Part shown: positions 34,977 to 45,872 of the stretch, in pieces | How positions within the stretch are numbered: position 1 is the stretch's first letter | Layout of the letters: each line of letters opens with the position of its first letter | NCBI GenBank assembly: GCA_937926175.1 | Contig: CALANV010000018.1 | Coordinates: 128,621-192,620 of the forward strand | DNA from: an uncultured Rhodospirillales bacterium | Lineage (GTDB): Bacteria > Pseudomonadota > Alphaproteobacteria > CACIAM-22H2 | Direction of reading: 5' to 3' | Length of the DNA stretch: 64,000 bases | Program-made: the position numbers and the translations under genes | Notes under the pieces: model-generated | Databases searched by the model: none | Seen by the model: only the letters and a program-made list of their open reading frames with translations | What the model was told of the DNA's origin: nothing

Positions 34977-35932
34977 CCGCCCGCACGGCATTCGCCGTCA
35001 TCGCCTTCGCCGCGGCGCTGATCGCGCCCTTCGTCGTGCACTCCGATTTCTGGATGGGGTTCCTGATCACGACGCTGCTCTATGCCTACATGGGCATGGC
35101 CTGGAACGTGCTGGGCGGCTATGCCGGCCAGGTCTCGTTCGGCCACGCGATCTTCTTCGGTACCGGCGCCTATACCTCGACCATCCTGCACATCTCGTTC
35201 GGCCTCAACCCCTGGCTGGGCATGGTCGCGGCGGCGGTCGCCGCCGGCCTCGTCGGCGCGCTGATCGGGTATCTGAGCTTCCGCTACGGGCTGAGGGGAT
35301 CCTATTTCGCGCTCATCACGCTCGCCTTCGCGGAAGTGTTCCGCATCCTCGCCAATTCGTTCGAGTTCACCGGCGGCGGCGTCGGCCTGTACGTGCCGCT
35401 CAAGATCGGCTGGTGGAACCTGCAGTTCCCGAGCAAGACCGGCTTCTATTACCTGGCGCTCGCGCTGACCTGCCTGTCGCTTGCGATCGGCGCCTGGCTC
35501 GAGAACTCGCGTTTCGGCGCCTCGCTCATGGCGATCCGCGAAAACGAGTCTGCCGCCGAGGCGCTCGGCGTCAACGCGTTCGCGTGCAAGCTGAAGGCCA
35601 TCATCCTGTCCGGCGCCATGATGGGTGTCGGCGGCACGTTCTATGCCCAGCACTATCTCTATATCGATCCGACCATCGCCTACGGACCCGGCGTCTCGGT
35701 CGAGGTCCTGCTCGTGCCGATCATCGGCGGGCTCGGGACGATGCTGGGACCGCTCTTGGGTTCGGCCGTGCTGCACGGAGCGGGCGAGCTCGCGCGCCGA
35801 CTGATGGGCGACGTGCCGGGGCTCGACCTCGTCTTCTACGGCGTTCTCCTGATCGTCATGGTGCGCTTCCTGCCCGAAGGCGTCATCGGCCTGTTGCGGC
35901 GGCGACACAAGCCGGGGGCGGCGCATGCTTGA
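34973..35932 (+). CDS. ABC permease (LivM family)
   Basis: ATGA overlap with the upstream gene. MTARTAFAVIAF...NVLGGYAGQVSFGHAIFFGTGAY. Confidence 0.85.
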   Translation: MTARTAFAVIAFAAALIAPFVVHSDFWMGFLITTLLYAYMGMAWNVLGGYAGQVSFGHAIFFGTGAYTSTILHISFGLNPWLGMVAAAVAAGLVGALIGYLSFRYGLRGSYFALITLAFAEVFRILANSFEFTGGGVGLYVPLKIGWWNLQFPSKTGFYYLALALTCLSLAIGAWLENSRFGASLMAIRENESAAEALGVNAFACKLKAIILSGAMMGVGGTFYAQHYLYIDPTIAYGPGVSVEVLLVPIIGGLGTMLGPLLGSAVLHGAGELARRLMGDVPGLDLVFYGVLLIVMVRFLPEGVIGLLRRRHKPGAAHA

Positions 35933-36667
35933 GGCGAAGGGACTCACCAAGCATTTCGGCGGGCTCGTCGCGGTGGCCGACGTGTCATTCAGCGTCCCGG
36001 AAGGGAAGATCGTCGCGCTGATCGGACCGAACGGTGCCGGCAAGACGACGCTATTCGCGATCATCGCCGGGTTCACGCAACCGGATGCCGGCCGCGTCAT
36101 GTTCCTGGGCCAGGACATCACCTTCATGGCCCCGCACCGTATCTGCGCGCTGGGCCTCGTGCGTACCTACCAGATCGTTCAGCCCTTCGGCGCGCTGACC
36201 GTGCGCGAGAACATCGCCGTCGGCGCCCATCTGCGCCTCAAGAGCCGCAAGGCCGCACTCGCATTTGCCGAAGAGGTGGCAAGGCAGGTCGGCATGGGGG
36301 ACGTCCTCGATCGGGCGGCGGCGGTGCTGACCGTTGCCGGACGCAAGCGGCTGGAACTCGCGCGGGCGCTGGCGACCCGCCCGAAGCTCCTGCTTCTCGA
36401 CGAGGTCATGGCCGGCCTCAACCCGACCGAGGTCGAAGAGATCGTTCAGGTGATCCGGGCGATCCGCGACTCCGGCGTCACGATCCTGCTGATCGAGCAC
36501 GTGATGCAGGCGGTAATGAGCCTGGCAGATCACGCCTATGTCCTGAACCAGGGACGCATCATCGCCGAAGGACATCCGCACGCGGTCGCCGAAATGCCGC
36601 ACGTGATCGAGGCGTATCTGGGACATGGCGCGGCGGCGCGTCTGCGCGCCCGCGCGGGCGGTGCCGC

Positions 36668-36671
<4 letters not shown>
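35925..36671 (+). CDS. ABC transporter ATP-binding protein (LivG-like)
   Basis: Walker A GPNGAGKTT, Walker B LLLLDEVMAG. 8-nt overlap with the upstream gene. Confidence 0.85.
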
Positions 36672-37378
<707 letters not shown>

Positions 37379-37381
37379 ACC

Positions 37382-38662
37382 ATGGGCATGACGCTTGCCG
37401 AGAAGATCATCGCGCGGGCGGCCGGACGATCCGAGGTCCGGCCGGGCGAGATCGTCACCTGCAAGGTCGATCTGGCGATGATGCACGATTCGGGCGGCCC
37501 GCGCCGCGTCGCGCCGATGCTGGAGTGGCTCGGCGCCAAGGTGTGGGATCCCAGCCGCGTCGTCGTCATCGCCGACCACTACGTTCCGGCGATCGATGCC
37601 GACAGCGCCGCGATCCTGAACCTGACGCGCAAGTGGGTGAAGAGCGCGGGCATCGAGTCGTTCTACGACATGCAGGGCATCTGCCACGTCGTGCTGCCGG
37701 AGCGCGGCCACGTGCGGCCCGGTCTCTTCGCGGTTGGCGGCGACTCCCATTCGCCGACCGCGGGCGCGTTCGGCTGCTTCATGTTCGGCATCGGCGCGAC
37801 CGAAATGGCGGGCGTGCTCGTCACCGGCGAAATCTGGGTCAAGGTGCCGGAAACCCATCTGGTGCGCTGGCACGGCCGGCTGCGGCACGGCGTCGTCGCC
37901 AAGGACATGATGCTGAAGATGTGCCGCGACATCGGACTTTCCACCGTGCGCTACGGCGTGGTGCAGTACACCGGCGATGCGATCGCCGCCCTGCCGATGG
38001 CCGAGCGCATGGTGCTGACCAACATGGCGGCCGAGCTCGGCGCGCAGACCGGCCTGATCGAGCCCGACGACGTGACCGTGCAGACGCTCCGCGACATCGG
38101 CGTCGATGCGCCCGATGCGCTCAGCTGGAAAAGCGACGCCGACGCGCGCTACGTCCGGACCTGGACGTTCGATGCGGATACACTCGAACCGCAGATCGCC
38201 GCCCCGCATTCGCCGGAAAATTCGGCCCCGGCCGCCGACTACGAGGGTGTCGCCATCGACCAGTGCTACATCGGCGCCTGCACGGGCGCCAAGCTCAGCG
38301 ATCTCCACATGGCGGCGGAAGTCCTGCGCGGCCGGAAGGTCGCGTCGACGACGCGCCTGCTGGTGGCGCCGGCATCGACGCGGATCACGGCGCAGGCGGC
38401 CGCGGACAGCACTCTCGCCACGCTGACCGAAGCGGGCGCGATCCTGCTGCCCAGCGGCTGTGGCGCCTGCGCCGGCCTCGGTGCCGGTCTTCTCGCGGAA
38501 AAGGAAGTGTGCCTGTCGTCGACGGCACGCAACTTCAAGGGACGCATGGGCGCCCATTCCGCGCTCGTCTATCTGGGCTCGCCCTACACGGTCGCGGCAT
38601 CGGCCGTCACCGGCCGGATCACCGATCCGCGCGTCATCCTGGCAGAAAGGGCAGCGGCATGA
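37382..38662 (+). CDS. aconitase-family dehydratase large subunit (LeuC/HacA/DmdA-like, ~420-aa short type)
   Basis: 426 aa. MHDSGGP, GGDSHSPTAG and the cluster cysteines in IGACTGAK and PSGCGACAGLG fit the [4Fe-4S] hydro-lyase pattern. Confidence 0.8.
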   Translation: MGMTLAEKIIARAAGRSEVRPGEIVTCKVDLAMMHDSGGPRRVAPMLEWLGAKVWDPSRVVVIADHYVPAIDADSAAILNLTRKWVKSAGIESFYDMQGICHVVLPERGHVRPGLFAVGGDSHSPTAGAFGCFMFGIGATEMAGVLVTGEIWVKVPETHLVRWHGRLRHGVVAKDMMLKMCRDIGLSTVRYGVVQYTGDAIAALPMAERMVLTNMAAELGAQTGLIEPDDVTVQTLRDIGVDAPDALSWKSDADARYVRTWTFDADTLEPQIAAPHSPENSAPAADYEGVAIDQCYIGACTGAKLSDLHMAAEVLRGRKVASTTRLLVAPASTRITAQAAADSTLATLTEAGAILLPSGCGACAGLGAGLLAEKEVCLSSTARNFKGRMGAHSALVYLGSPYTVAASAVTGRITDPRVILAERAAA

Positions 38663-39162
38663 CGACGACCGACGGCGGCCGCGCCTTCGTCTTCGGCGAC
38701 AATGTCGACACCGACACGCTGGCGCCCGGCCTCTACATGAAGCGGCCGATCGAGGAGATGGCGAGTCACTGCCTGGAGGCGCTGGATCCGACCTTCGCCA
38801 AGACCGTGCGGCCCGGCGACATCGTGGTCGGCGGCGAGAATTTCGGCATGGGATCGTCGCGCGAGCAGGCGGCGATGGCGCTGCGTCATCTCGGCGTCGC
38901 CGCCGTCGTGGCCAAGAGCTTCGCGGGGCTGTTCTTCCGCAACGCGCTGAATCTCGGCCTCGTCGCCCTGGTCTGCCCGGCGGCGGACAGAATCCGGCCC
39001 GGCGACCGCCTGTCCGTCGACGCCGAAGCGGGGCGCATCACCAACCTGACCACCGGCGAGACCTATGCGTGCGAGCCGATCCCGCCGCATCTCGTCGAAA
39101 TGATCCGCGACGGTGGACTGCTCCCGCATCTGAAGAAGAAGCTGAAGAAGAAATCGGTATGA
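38659..39162 (+). CDS. aconitase-family dehydratase small subunit (LeuD/DmdB-like)
   Basis: ATGA overlap. 167 aa with FGDNVDTDTLAPG and GENFGMGSSREQA motifs. Confidence 0.8.
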   Translation: MTTTDGGRAFVFGDNVDTDTLAPGLYMKRPIEEMASHCLEALDPTFAKTVRPGDIVVGGENFGMGSSREQAAMALRHLGVAAVVAKSFAGLFFRNALNLGLVALVCPAADRIRPGDRLSVDAEAGRITNLTTGETYACEPIPPHLVEMIRDGGLLPHLKKKLKKKSV

Positions 39163-40031
39163 CGACCCTGCGCGAACTGCTCGAGGGGCCGGAGATCGTC
39201 GTGGCCCCCGGCGTCTATGACGGCCTGACGGCGATCCTGGCCGAGCAGGCCGGCTTCGGCGCGATCTACCTGTCGGGAGCAAGCGTGTGCTATGCGCGCG
39301 CGCTGCCCGACATCGGCCTCGTGTCGATGGCCGAAGTCGCGGACGTCCTCGGCATGGTGCGGGAGCGCACGACGATTCCGGTGATCGTCGACATCGACAC
39401 CGGTTTCGGCAACGCTCTCAACGTCCGCCGGACCGTACAGGTGTTCGAGCGGCGCGGCGCCTCGGCGCTTCAGCTCGAGGACCAGATCACGCCGAAACGC
39501 TGCGGCCACCTCAAGGACAAGGCGCTGATCTCGACGGCGGAGATGATCGGCAAGATCAAGGCGGCGGTCGACGCGCGCGCCTCGCGCGACACGCTGCTGA
39601 TCGCCCGCACCGATGCGATCGCCGTCGAAGGCTTCGCGGCCGCGCTCGATCGCGCCGAGGCCTATGCCGAGGCCGGGGCCGACGTGCTGTTCATCGAGGC
39701 GCCGCGCGACCGCACCGAGCTCGTCGCCATCGCGAAACGGTTCCGCGACCGCGTGCCGGTGATGGCCAACATGGTCGAGGGCGGCGTGACGCCGATCCTC
39801 TCGGCCGCCGAGCTTCAGGCGCTGGGCTTCCAACTCGTGATCTTCCCGGGCGGGACGGTGCGGGCGCTCGCCTTCGCCCTCAGGGAATACTTCGCGATGC
39901 TCAAGACGCACGGCACCACGACGCCGTTCCGCGACCGCATGCTCGACTTTGCGGCGCTCAACCAGCTGCTCGATACCGACGGATTTCTTGCGCGCGGCAA
40001 ACGGTTCGACCCGACGGAGGCGGCCCGATGA
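39159..40031 (+). CDS. isocitrate lyase/PEP mutase superfamily lyase (methylisocitrate lyase / 2,3-dimethylmalate lyase-like)
   Basis: ATGA overlap. 290 aa with DIDTGFGN and the lyase-type LEDQITPKRCGH motif. Confidence 0.8.
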   Translation: MTTLRELLEGPEIVVAPGVYDGLTAILAEQAGFGAIYLSGASVCYARALPDIGLVSMAEVADVLGMVRERTTIPVIVDIDTGFGNALNVRRTVQVFERRGASALQLEDQITPKRCGHLKDKALISTAEMIGKIKAAVDARASRDTLLIARTDAIAVEGFAAALDRAEAYAEAGADVLFIEAPRDRTELVAIAKRFRDRVPVMANMVEGGVTPILSAAELQALGFQLVIFPGGTVRALAFALREYFAMLKTHGTTTPFRDRMLDFAALNQLLDTDGFLARGKRFDPTEAAR

Positions 40032-41758
40032 TCGATCCCGTCACTCTCGCGGTCCTCAAGGGCCGGCTGGAACAGATCGCCGACGAAATGGACGCGACGC
40101 TGTTCCGGTCCGCCTTCAACCCGATCATCGCCGAGGCGCACGACGCCTCGCACGGCATCTACGATGCGGTGACCGGCGATACGCTGGTTCAGGGCAAGTT
40201 CGGGCTGCCGATCTTCGTCGGCGTCATGGCGTTCGCCGTCAAGGCGACCATCGACAAGGCGGCACGCGACGGCGATCTCGCCGACGGCGACGTCTATCTG
40301 TTCAACGATCCCTACGACGGTGGCACGCATCTTTCCGACTTCAAGCTCGTCCGGCCGTTCTTCCACCAGGGACGCCTGTTCTGCTGGCTCGCCTCGGTCG
40401 GCCACTGGCACGACGTCGGCGGCAATGTGCCCGGCAACTACAACCCGATCGCGACCGAAAGCCATCAGGAGGGCATGCACATTCCGCCCGTGCGGCTGGT
40501 GCGGCGCGGCGTTCTCAACGGCGACATCGTCGAGATCCTGAAGGCGAATTCGCGCCTACCGCTGTCGCTCTACGGCGATCTCAACGGACAGCTCAACGCG
40601 CTCGACCTGGGCGCGCGGCGTCTCGCCGAGCTTCTCGCCGATTACGGCGCCGACACGGTCGCCGAGGCCCTGCGCGAGCTGCGCGCGCGCGGGGCGCAAC
40701 TGATGCGCGCCAACATCGCCGAGCTTCCGGACGGCACCTATTCGGCCGAAGACTTTCTCGACAACGACGGCATCGACGACGTCCCGCTGAAGATCGCGCT
40801 CGACGTCACCATCCGCGGGCAGGAGATGACGCTCGACTTCTCGCGCTCGGCGCCGGCGTGCCTGGGGCCGGTCAACATCGCGCGGTCCACCGCGATCGCG
40901 AGCTGTTACGTCGCCCTCAAGCACGTGTTCCGGGACGTGCCGGCCAATGCCGGCTGCCTGGAGCCGATCCGGTTCGTCATCCCCGAGACGTCGATCCTGT
41001 CGGCGAAGGCGCCGAAGCCGGTCGGTGGCTATACCGAGACGATCCTGCGCGTGATCGACGTCGTCTTTCAGGCACTGGCCCAGGCCGCGCCCGATCGCGT
41101 CAACGGCTGTGCCTACGGCACCATCAACGCGCTGTCCCTGGCCGGCCACCGTCGCGACGGACGGCGCTGGGTGATGTTCTCGTTCTTCGGCGGCGGACTG
41201 GGCGGCAACCCCGAAGGCGACGGCCTCAATCATGGCAACGCGCCGATCTCGACCGCGACCATCCCGCCGCTCGAAATCCTCGAGGCGGCCTATCCGGTCA
41301 TGTTCACGCGCTGGGCGCTCCGGCCCGACAGTGCCGGCCCGGGACGGCATCGCGGCGGGTTGGGCGCGATCTACGAGATCGAACTCCTGGAAGAGGAGGC
41401 CGACGTCTTCGTGTTCGGCGAGCGCGGCAAGTTCCCACCCGCCGGCGTGATCGGCGGCGGTCCGGGTGCCCTCAACCGCTTCACCTATCAGCAAGGCGAC
41501 GACTTCAAGACGCCGCCGATGGTCTCGAAGATGGTCGGCATCAAGATCAGGCGCGGCGAGCGGGTACGGCTGGAGACGCCGGGCGGGGGCGGCTACGGCC
41601 CGCCTCTGGCGCGCGCCCCCGAAGACGTCGCCCGCGACGTGCGGCAAGGCTATGTGAGCCCCGAGGCGGCGCGGCGCGACTACGGCGTCGTCGTCGATGC
41701 GGACGGCCGAATTGACATGGCCGCCACGGCCATGCTGCGCCGGAGGGCGGCGGAATGA
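40028..41758 (+). CDS. hydantoinase B/oxoprolinase family protein (HyuB-like)
   Basis: ATGA overlap. 576 aa. MIDPVTLAVLKGRLEQIADEMDATLFRSAFNPIIAEAHDAS is the typical HyuB N-terminus. Confidence 0.85.
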   Translation: MIDPVTLAVLKGRLEQIADEMDATLFRSAFNPIIAEAHDASHGIYDAVTGDTLVQGKFGLPIFVGVMAFAVKATIDKAARDGDLADGDVYLFNDPYDGGTHLSDFKLVRPFFHQGRLFCWLASVGHWHDVGGNVPGNYNPIATESHQEGMHIPPVRLVRRGVLNGDIVEILKANSRLPLSLYGDLNGQLNALDLGARRLAELLADYGADTVAEALRELRARGAQLMRANIAELPDGTYSAEDFLDNDGIDDVPLKIALDVTIRGQEMTLDFSRSAPACLGPVNIARSTAIASCYVALKHVFRDVPANAGCLEPIRFVIPETSILSAKAPKPVGGYTETILRVIDVVFQALAQAAPDRVNGCAYGTINALSLAGHRRDGRRWVMFSFFGGGLGGNPEGDGLNHGNAPISTATIPPLEILEAAYPVMFTRWALRPDSAGPGRHRGGLGAIYEIELLEEEADVFVFGERGKFPPAGVIGGGPGALNRFTYQQGDDFKTPPMVSKMVGIKIRRGERVRLETPGGGGYGPPLARAPEDVARDVRQGYVSPEAARRDYGVVVDADGRIDMAATAMLRRRAAE

Positions 41759-43824
41759 GCACCAGGCCTACGACCGTCGTCGGCGTGGACGTCGGCGGCA
41801 CCTTCACGGACCTTTTCTTCTATGACGAGGCGTCGGGCGCGGCACGCACCCACAAGGTGCCTTCCACGCGCGGCGACCAGTCGCTCGGGTTCCTCGACGG
41901 AATCGCCGCCGGGCTCGCCAACGGCAAGCCGGCCGATTTCCGTTCGCTCGCCGCCGTCATCCACGGCACGACGGTCGGCACCAATGCGCTCTTGGAGCGC
42001 AAGGGAGCGACGACCGGCATCATCACGACGGAAGGATTCCGCGACGTGCTGGAGATGCGCCGGCGCGACCGGCGGCAGACCTGGGGCCTGTGGGGCGACT
42101 TCGTCCCGGTGGTGCCGCGCGACCTGCGCCTCGAGGTCCGGGAGCGTACGCTCGCCGACGGCACGGTTCGCATTCCCGTCGACACCGACGAGGTCAAGCG
42201 CGCCGCGCGCGAGCTGCTCGCCCGCGGCGCCGAGGCCGTCGCCGTCTTCTTCATCAACGCCTATGCGAACGCGGCGAACGAGCGTGCGGCGCTGGCCGCG
42301 CTGCGCGAGGTGTGGCCGAATCCGTTCATCACCGCCTCGAGCGAGATCCTGCCCGAGATCCGCGAGTTCGAGCGCTGCTCGACCGCAACGCTGAACGCGT
42401 ATCTGCAGCCGGTCGTCGCGAAATACATCAGGTCGCTCGACGAGCGTCTGAGCCAAGCGGGAAGCACGGGCACACTCCTGATCGTGCAGTCGAACGGCGG
42501 CGTGATGACCGTCGATACGGCGGCACGGCTGCCCATCCGCACCGCGCTGTCCGGCCCCGCGGCGGGCGTGATCGCGGCCGCGCACATCGCGGAAAGCGCC
42601 GGGTTTCCCAACGTCATCACCGGCGACATGGGCGGGACCAGCTTCGACGTGGCGCTGATCGCTGGCGGCCGCTCGGTCCTGTCGGCGCAGACGACGATCG
42701 ATTTCGGCATGGTCGTGCGCACGCCGATGATCGAGATCACGACGATCGGCGCCGGCGGCGGCTCGATTGCCGGCGTGGATCGCGGCGGGCTGCTGCAGGT
42801 GGGCCCCGAGTCCGCCGGCTCCGATCCCGGACCCGCCGCCTACGGCAAGGGACAGACGCGCCCGACCGTCACCGACGCGAACATCGTGCTCGGCCGGATC
42901 AACGCCGAGCGCCCGATCGGCGGCAAGCTCGCGCGGCTCGACGTCGAGGCCGCGCGCGAGGCGATCGCGGCGCATGTCGCAAAGCCGCTGGGGCTCGACG
43001 TCATGCAGGCCGCCGAGGCCATCATCCGCGTCGCCAACTCGCGCATGGCCGGCGCCATCCGGCTGGTGTCGATCGAGCGGGGTCACGATCCCAAGCGCTT
43101 CGCGCTGATGCCGTTCGGCGGCGCCGGTGCGCTCCATGCCGGCGCGTTGATGAAGGAGGTCGGTCTCGCCTCGACGATCGTACCGCGCTATCCCGGCGTC
43201 ACGTCGGCGCTCGGCTGCGTCATCGCCGACATGCGCCACGACTTCGTCCAGACGATCAACCGGCCGCTCGACGACCTCGACTGCGCGGCGCTCGGCGCCG
43301 CGATCATGGCGATCTCGGCCGAGGGGCGCGACTTCGTCACGCGCGGCGCGGTCAAGCTCGACGGGCTCGCGACGGTGGTCGAACTCGACATGTGCTATGT
43401 CGGACAGACCCACACGGTGTCGGTGCCGCTGACGATCGGGGCCGACGGCGTCATCGACGCCAGCACCATCCGCCAGGCGTTCGAAGCCACCTACCGCACG
43501 GCGTTCGGCCGCCTGCTCGAGGGTGTGCCGCTGCGCGTGCTGAGCCTGCGCGTGGCCGCCATCGGCCGGCGGCCGAAATTCGATCTGGCCATTCTGGCCC
43601 CCGGTACCGGCACGCTCGCCGCCGCCGAACGCGGCGAGCGCACCGTGTGGTTCGACGGCCGCCCGCACACGACGCGGATCTATGACCGCCTCGCCCTTCC
43701 GGTCGGCGCCGAGATTCCCGGCCCGGCCATCCTCGAGCAGCCCGATGCGACGACGTGGATCGATCCCGACCTGACGGGGCGCGTCGACCGCTTCGGCAAC
43801 CTCATCCTGACGCGGAAGCCATGA
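41755..43824 (+). CDS. hydantoinase A/oxoprolinase family protein (HyuA-like)
   Basis: ATGA overlap. 689 aa with VGVDVGGTFTDLFFYD (ASKHA ATPase phosphate-1 motif) and DMGGTSFDV. Confidence 0.85.
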   Translation: MSTRPTTVVGVDVGGTFTDLFFYDEASGAARTHKVPSTRGDQSLGFLDGIAAGLANGKPADFRSLAAVIHGTTVGTNALLERKGATTGIITTEGFRDVLEMRRRDRRQTWGLWGDFVPVVPRDLRLEVRERTLADGTVRIPVDTDEVKRAARELLARGAEAVAVFFINAYANAANERAALAALREVWPNPFITASSEILPEIREFERCSTATLNAYLQPVVAKYIRSLDERLSQAGSTGTLLIVQSNGGVMTVDTAARLPIRTALSGPAAGVIAAAHIAESAGFPNVITGDMGGTSFDVALIAGGRSVLSAQTTIDFGMVVRTPMIEITTIGAGGGSIAGVDRGGLLQVGPESAGSDPGPAAYGKGQTRPTVTDANIVLGRINAERPIGGKLARLDVEAAREAIAAHVAKPLGLDVMQAAEAIIRVANSRMAGAIRLVSIERGHDPKRFALMPFGGAGALHAGALMKEVGLASTIVPRYPGVTSALGCVIADMRHDFVQTINRPLDDLDCAALGAAIMAISAEGRDFVTRGAVKLDGLATVVELDMCYVGQTHTVSVPLTIGADGVIDASTIRQAFEATYRTAFGRLLEGVPLRVLSLRVAAIGRRPKFDLAILAPGTGTLAAAERGERTVWFDGRPHTTRIYDRLALPVGAEIPGPAILEQPDATTWIDPDLTGRVDRFGNLILTRKP

Positions 43825-44432
43825 CCGATATCCGCTTCACGCCGGCGACGACGGCGCTCGTCCTCGTCGACCTGCAGAACGACTTCCTGCATCCGAACGG
43901 CGCCTATGGCCGTGCCGGCCAGACCGCGCCTGCGATCGCCGCTTTGCCGCAGCGCCTCAAGCCGGTCGCGGACGCGGTGCGGCGCGCCGGCGGATGGATC
44001 GTCGCCACCCAGTTCACCCTCGTGCCCGGCAAGAACGGTGCGCCGATGATCTCGCCGCATCTCAAGAAGCTGCGGCCGTTTCTGACAATGGGCGATTTCG
44101 CGCCGGGGTCGTTCGGACACGATCTGGTCGACGAACTCAAGCCCGCAGACCTGATGGTCGAGAAGGTCGCCTATTCGGCCTTCTACATGAGCCGGCTCGA
44201 ATTCGTGCTGCGCAGGGCCGGCATCGAGACGCTCGTCTTCGCCGGGATCGTGACCAATGGCGGCGTCGCCTCGACGCTTCGCGATGCGCATGTACGCGAC
44301 TTCGCGACCGTGCTGCTGTCCGACGGCTGTGCCGCCTTCAGCGAGAAGGTGCACGAGACGACCGTCGCCGCGCTGGCCGCGATCTCGCCGGTCATGACCT
44401 GTGCCGAGTTCACCGCCGCCATTTCGGCATGA
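43821..44432 (+). CDS. isochorismatase-family hydrolase lacking the canonical nucleophilic Cys
   Basis: ATGA overlap. 203 aa. The Asp (LVLVDLQNDF) and Lys (VEKVAYSAF) positions are retained. The usual T-N-x-C-V motif reads T-N-G-G-V (GIVTNGGVASTLRDA; the Gly codon at the Cys position is 44262..44264). Confidence 0.75.
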   Translation: MTDIRFTPATTALVLVDLQNDFLHPNGAYGRAGQTAPAIAALPQRLKPVADAVRRAGGWIVATQFTLVPGKNGAPMISPHLKKLRPFLTMGDFAPGSFGHDLVDELKPADLMVEKVAYSAFYMSRLEFVLRRAGIETLVFAGIVTNGGVASTLRDAHVRDFATVLLSDGCAAFSEKVHETTVAALAAISPVMTCAEFTAAISA

Positions 44433-45838
44433 CGATCCTCGACGCGTCCGACGCCAGGTTCGAAGCCGCCTTTCCGGTCGTGATCGTCGGCGCGGGTGCC
44501 GCCGGCCTCACGGCGGCGCTGGCGGCGCGCGAGGCCGGGGCCGACGTCCTGGTCCTCGAACGCGATCCGGTCCCGCAGGGCTCGACCGCGCTGTCGTCCG
44601 GGCTGATTCCGGCCGCGGGCACGACATTCCAGCACGCCAAGGGAGTCGACGACAGTCCGGCGACATTCGCCCGCGACATTCAGAACAAGGCAAAGGGGCA
44701 GGCCGATCCGACGCTCGTGGATCTCCTGACGCGCCATGCGGGCCCGACGGTCGACTGGCTTGCCGCCAGCTACGGCGTGCCGTTCACCCTGATCGAGGGT
44801 TTCCTCTATCCCGGGCACAGCGTGCCGCGCATGCACGGCACGCCGCGGCGAACCGGAAGCGAGCTGATGCAGTTTCTGGCCGCGGCGGCATCAGGCGCGG
44901 GCGCCGAGATCGTGACGTCGGCGCATGTCGATGCGCTCTATGCCGACAGCAACGGATCCGTCGCCGGAGTGCGCATCCGCCGGCCCGACGGTTCGGTCGA
45001 AGCGGTCGGGTGCACCGCGCTCGTGCTCGCCTGCAACGGCTTCGGCGGCAACGCGGCGATGGTCCGGCACTACATTCCCGAGATGGCCGACGCGCTGTTC
45101 TTCGGCCATACTGGGAACCAGGGTGAAGGCATCGCCTGGGGCATGGCGCTCGGCGCGGCGGTGCGGCACATGGGAGCCTATCAAGGGCATGGGTCGGTCG
45201 CGACGCCCTACAACGTGCTCATCACCTGGGCGCTGATGATGGAAGGCGGCATCCAGGTCAATGCGCACGGCAAGCGCTTCTCCAACGAACACCAGGGCTA
45301 TTCCGAGCAGGCGATGGCGGTGCTGGCCCAGCCCGGCGGCGTCGCCTACAATATCTATGACGCACGGCTGCATGCGTTGGGCGTCGCGTTCGAGGACTAC
45401 CGGCAGGCCGTCGAGGCCGGCGCGATCAAGTCGGCGGAAACGATCGAGGCGCTTGCCGTCGCGCTGGGCCTGCCGCCGGCCGCACTTGCCGCCACGATCG
45501 ACGAAACGCGCCGGTTCGCGGCGGGATCGGCCGCCGATCCGTTCGGCCGCGAATTCATGTCGAAGCCGCCGCTCGCCGCGCCGTTTTACGGCGTCAAGGT
45601 GACGGGCGCGCTGTTCCATACGCAGGGCGGCCTCGTCGTCGACGCCGACGCACGGGTCTGCCGTACGGACGGCACGACCCTGCCGAACCTGTTCGCCGCC
45701 GGCGGCACGGCCTGCGGCGTCTCCGGCCCGACGGCCTCGGGCTATCTCTCCGGCAACGGCCTGCTGTCGGCGGTGACGCTGGGGCGGATTGCCGGCCGGG
45801 CAGCGGCGAAATTGCACACCGGCGCGGGCGAGCTATAA
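44429..45838 (+). CDS. FAD-dependent oxidoreductase, fumarate reductase/succinate dehydrogenase flavoprotein-like (FAD_binding_2; TcuA/KstD-like)
   Basis: ATGA overlap. 469 aa. Dinucleotide fold VVIVGAGAAGLTAALAAREAGADVLVLER and C-terminal LPNLFAAGGTACGVSG. Confidence 0.8.
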   Translation: MTILDASDARFEAAFPVVIVGAGAAGLTAALAAREAGADVLVLERDPVPQGSTALSSGLIPAAGTTFQHAKGVDDSPATFARDIQNKAKGQADPTLVDLLTRHAGPTVDWLAASYGVPFTLIEGFLYPGHSVPRMHGTPRRTGSELMQFLAAAASGAGAEIVTSAHVDALYADSNGSVAGVRIRRPDGSVEAVGCTALVLACNGFGGNAAMVRHYIPEMADALFFGHTGNQGEGIAWGMALGAAVRHMGAYQGHGSVATPYNVLITWALMMEGGIQVNAHGKRFSNEHQGYSEQAMAVLAQPGGVAYNIYDARLHALGVAFEDYRQAVEAGAIKSAETIEALAVALGLPPAALAATIDETRRFAAGSAADPFGREFMSKPPLAAPFYGVKVTGALFHTQGGLVVDADARVCRTDGTTLPNLFAAGGTACGVSGPTASGYLSGNGLLSAVTLGRIAGRAAAKLHTGAGEL

Positions 45839-45872
45839 CCGAAGGGTCGCAACCAGCCAGACGGTGAACGGA

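Noticed and set aside
41680-43668. 662-aa minus-strand ORF, plus similar long ORFs at 36779-38557, 32695-34089, 51961-53385, 56758-57804, 12027-13082 and 808-1797
   Set aside because: Each lies antisense to a gene with clear family motifs (HyuA, LeuC-like, SBP, DctM, amidase/DctM, LivM, DppC). All show Arg/Asp/Gly/His-rich low-complexity translation.
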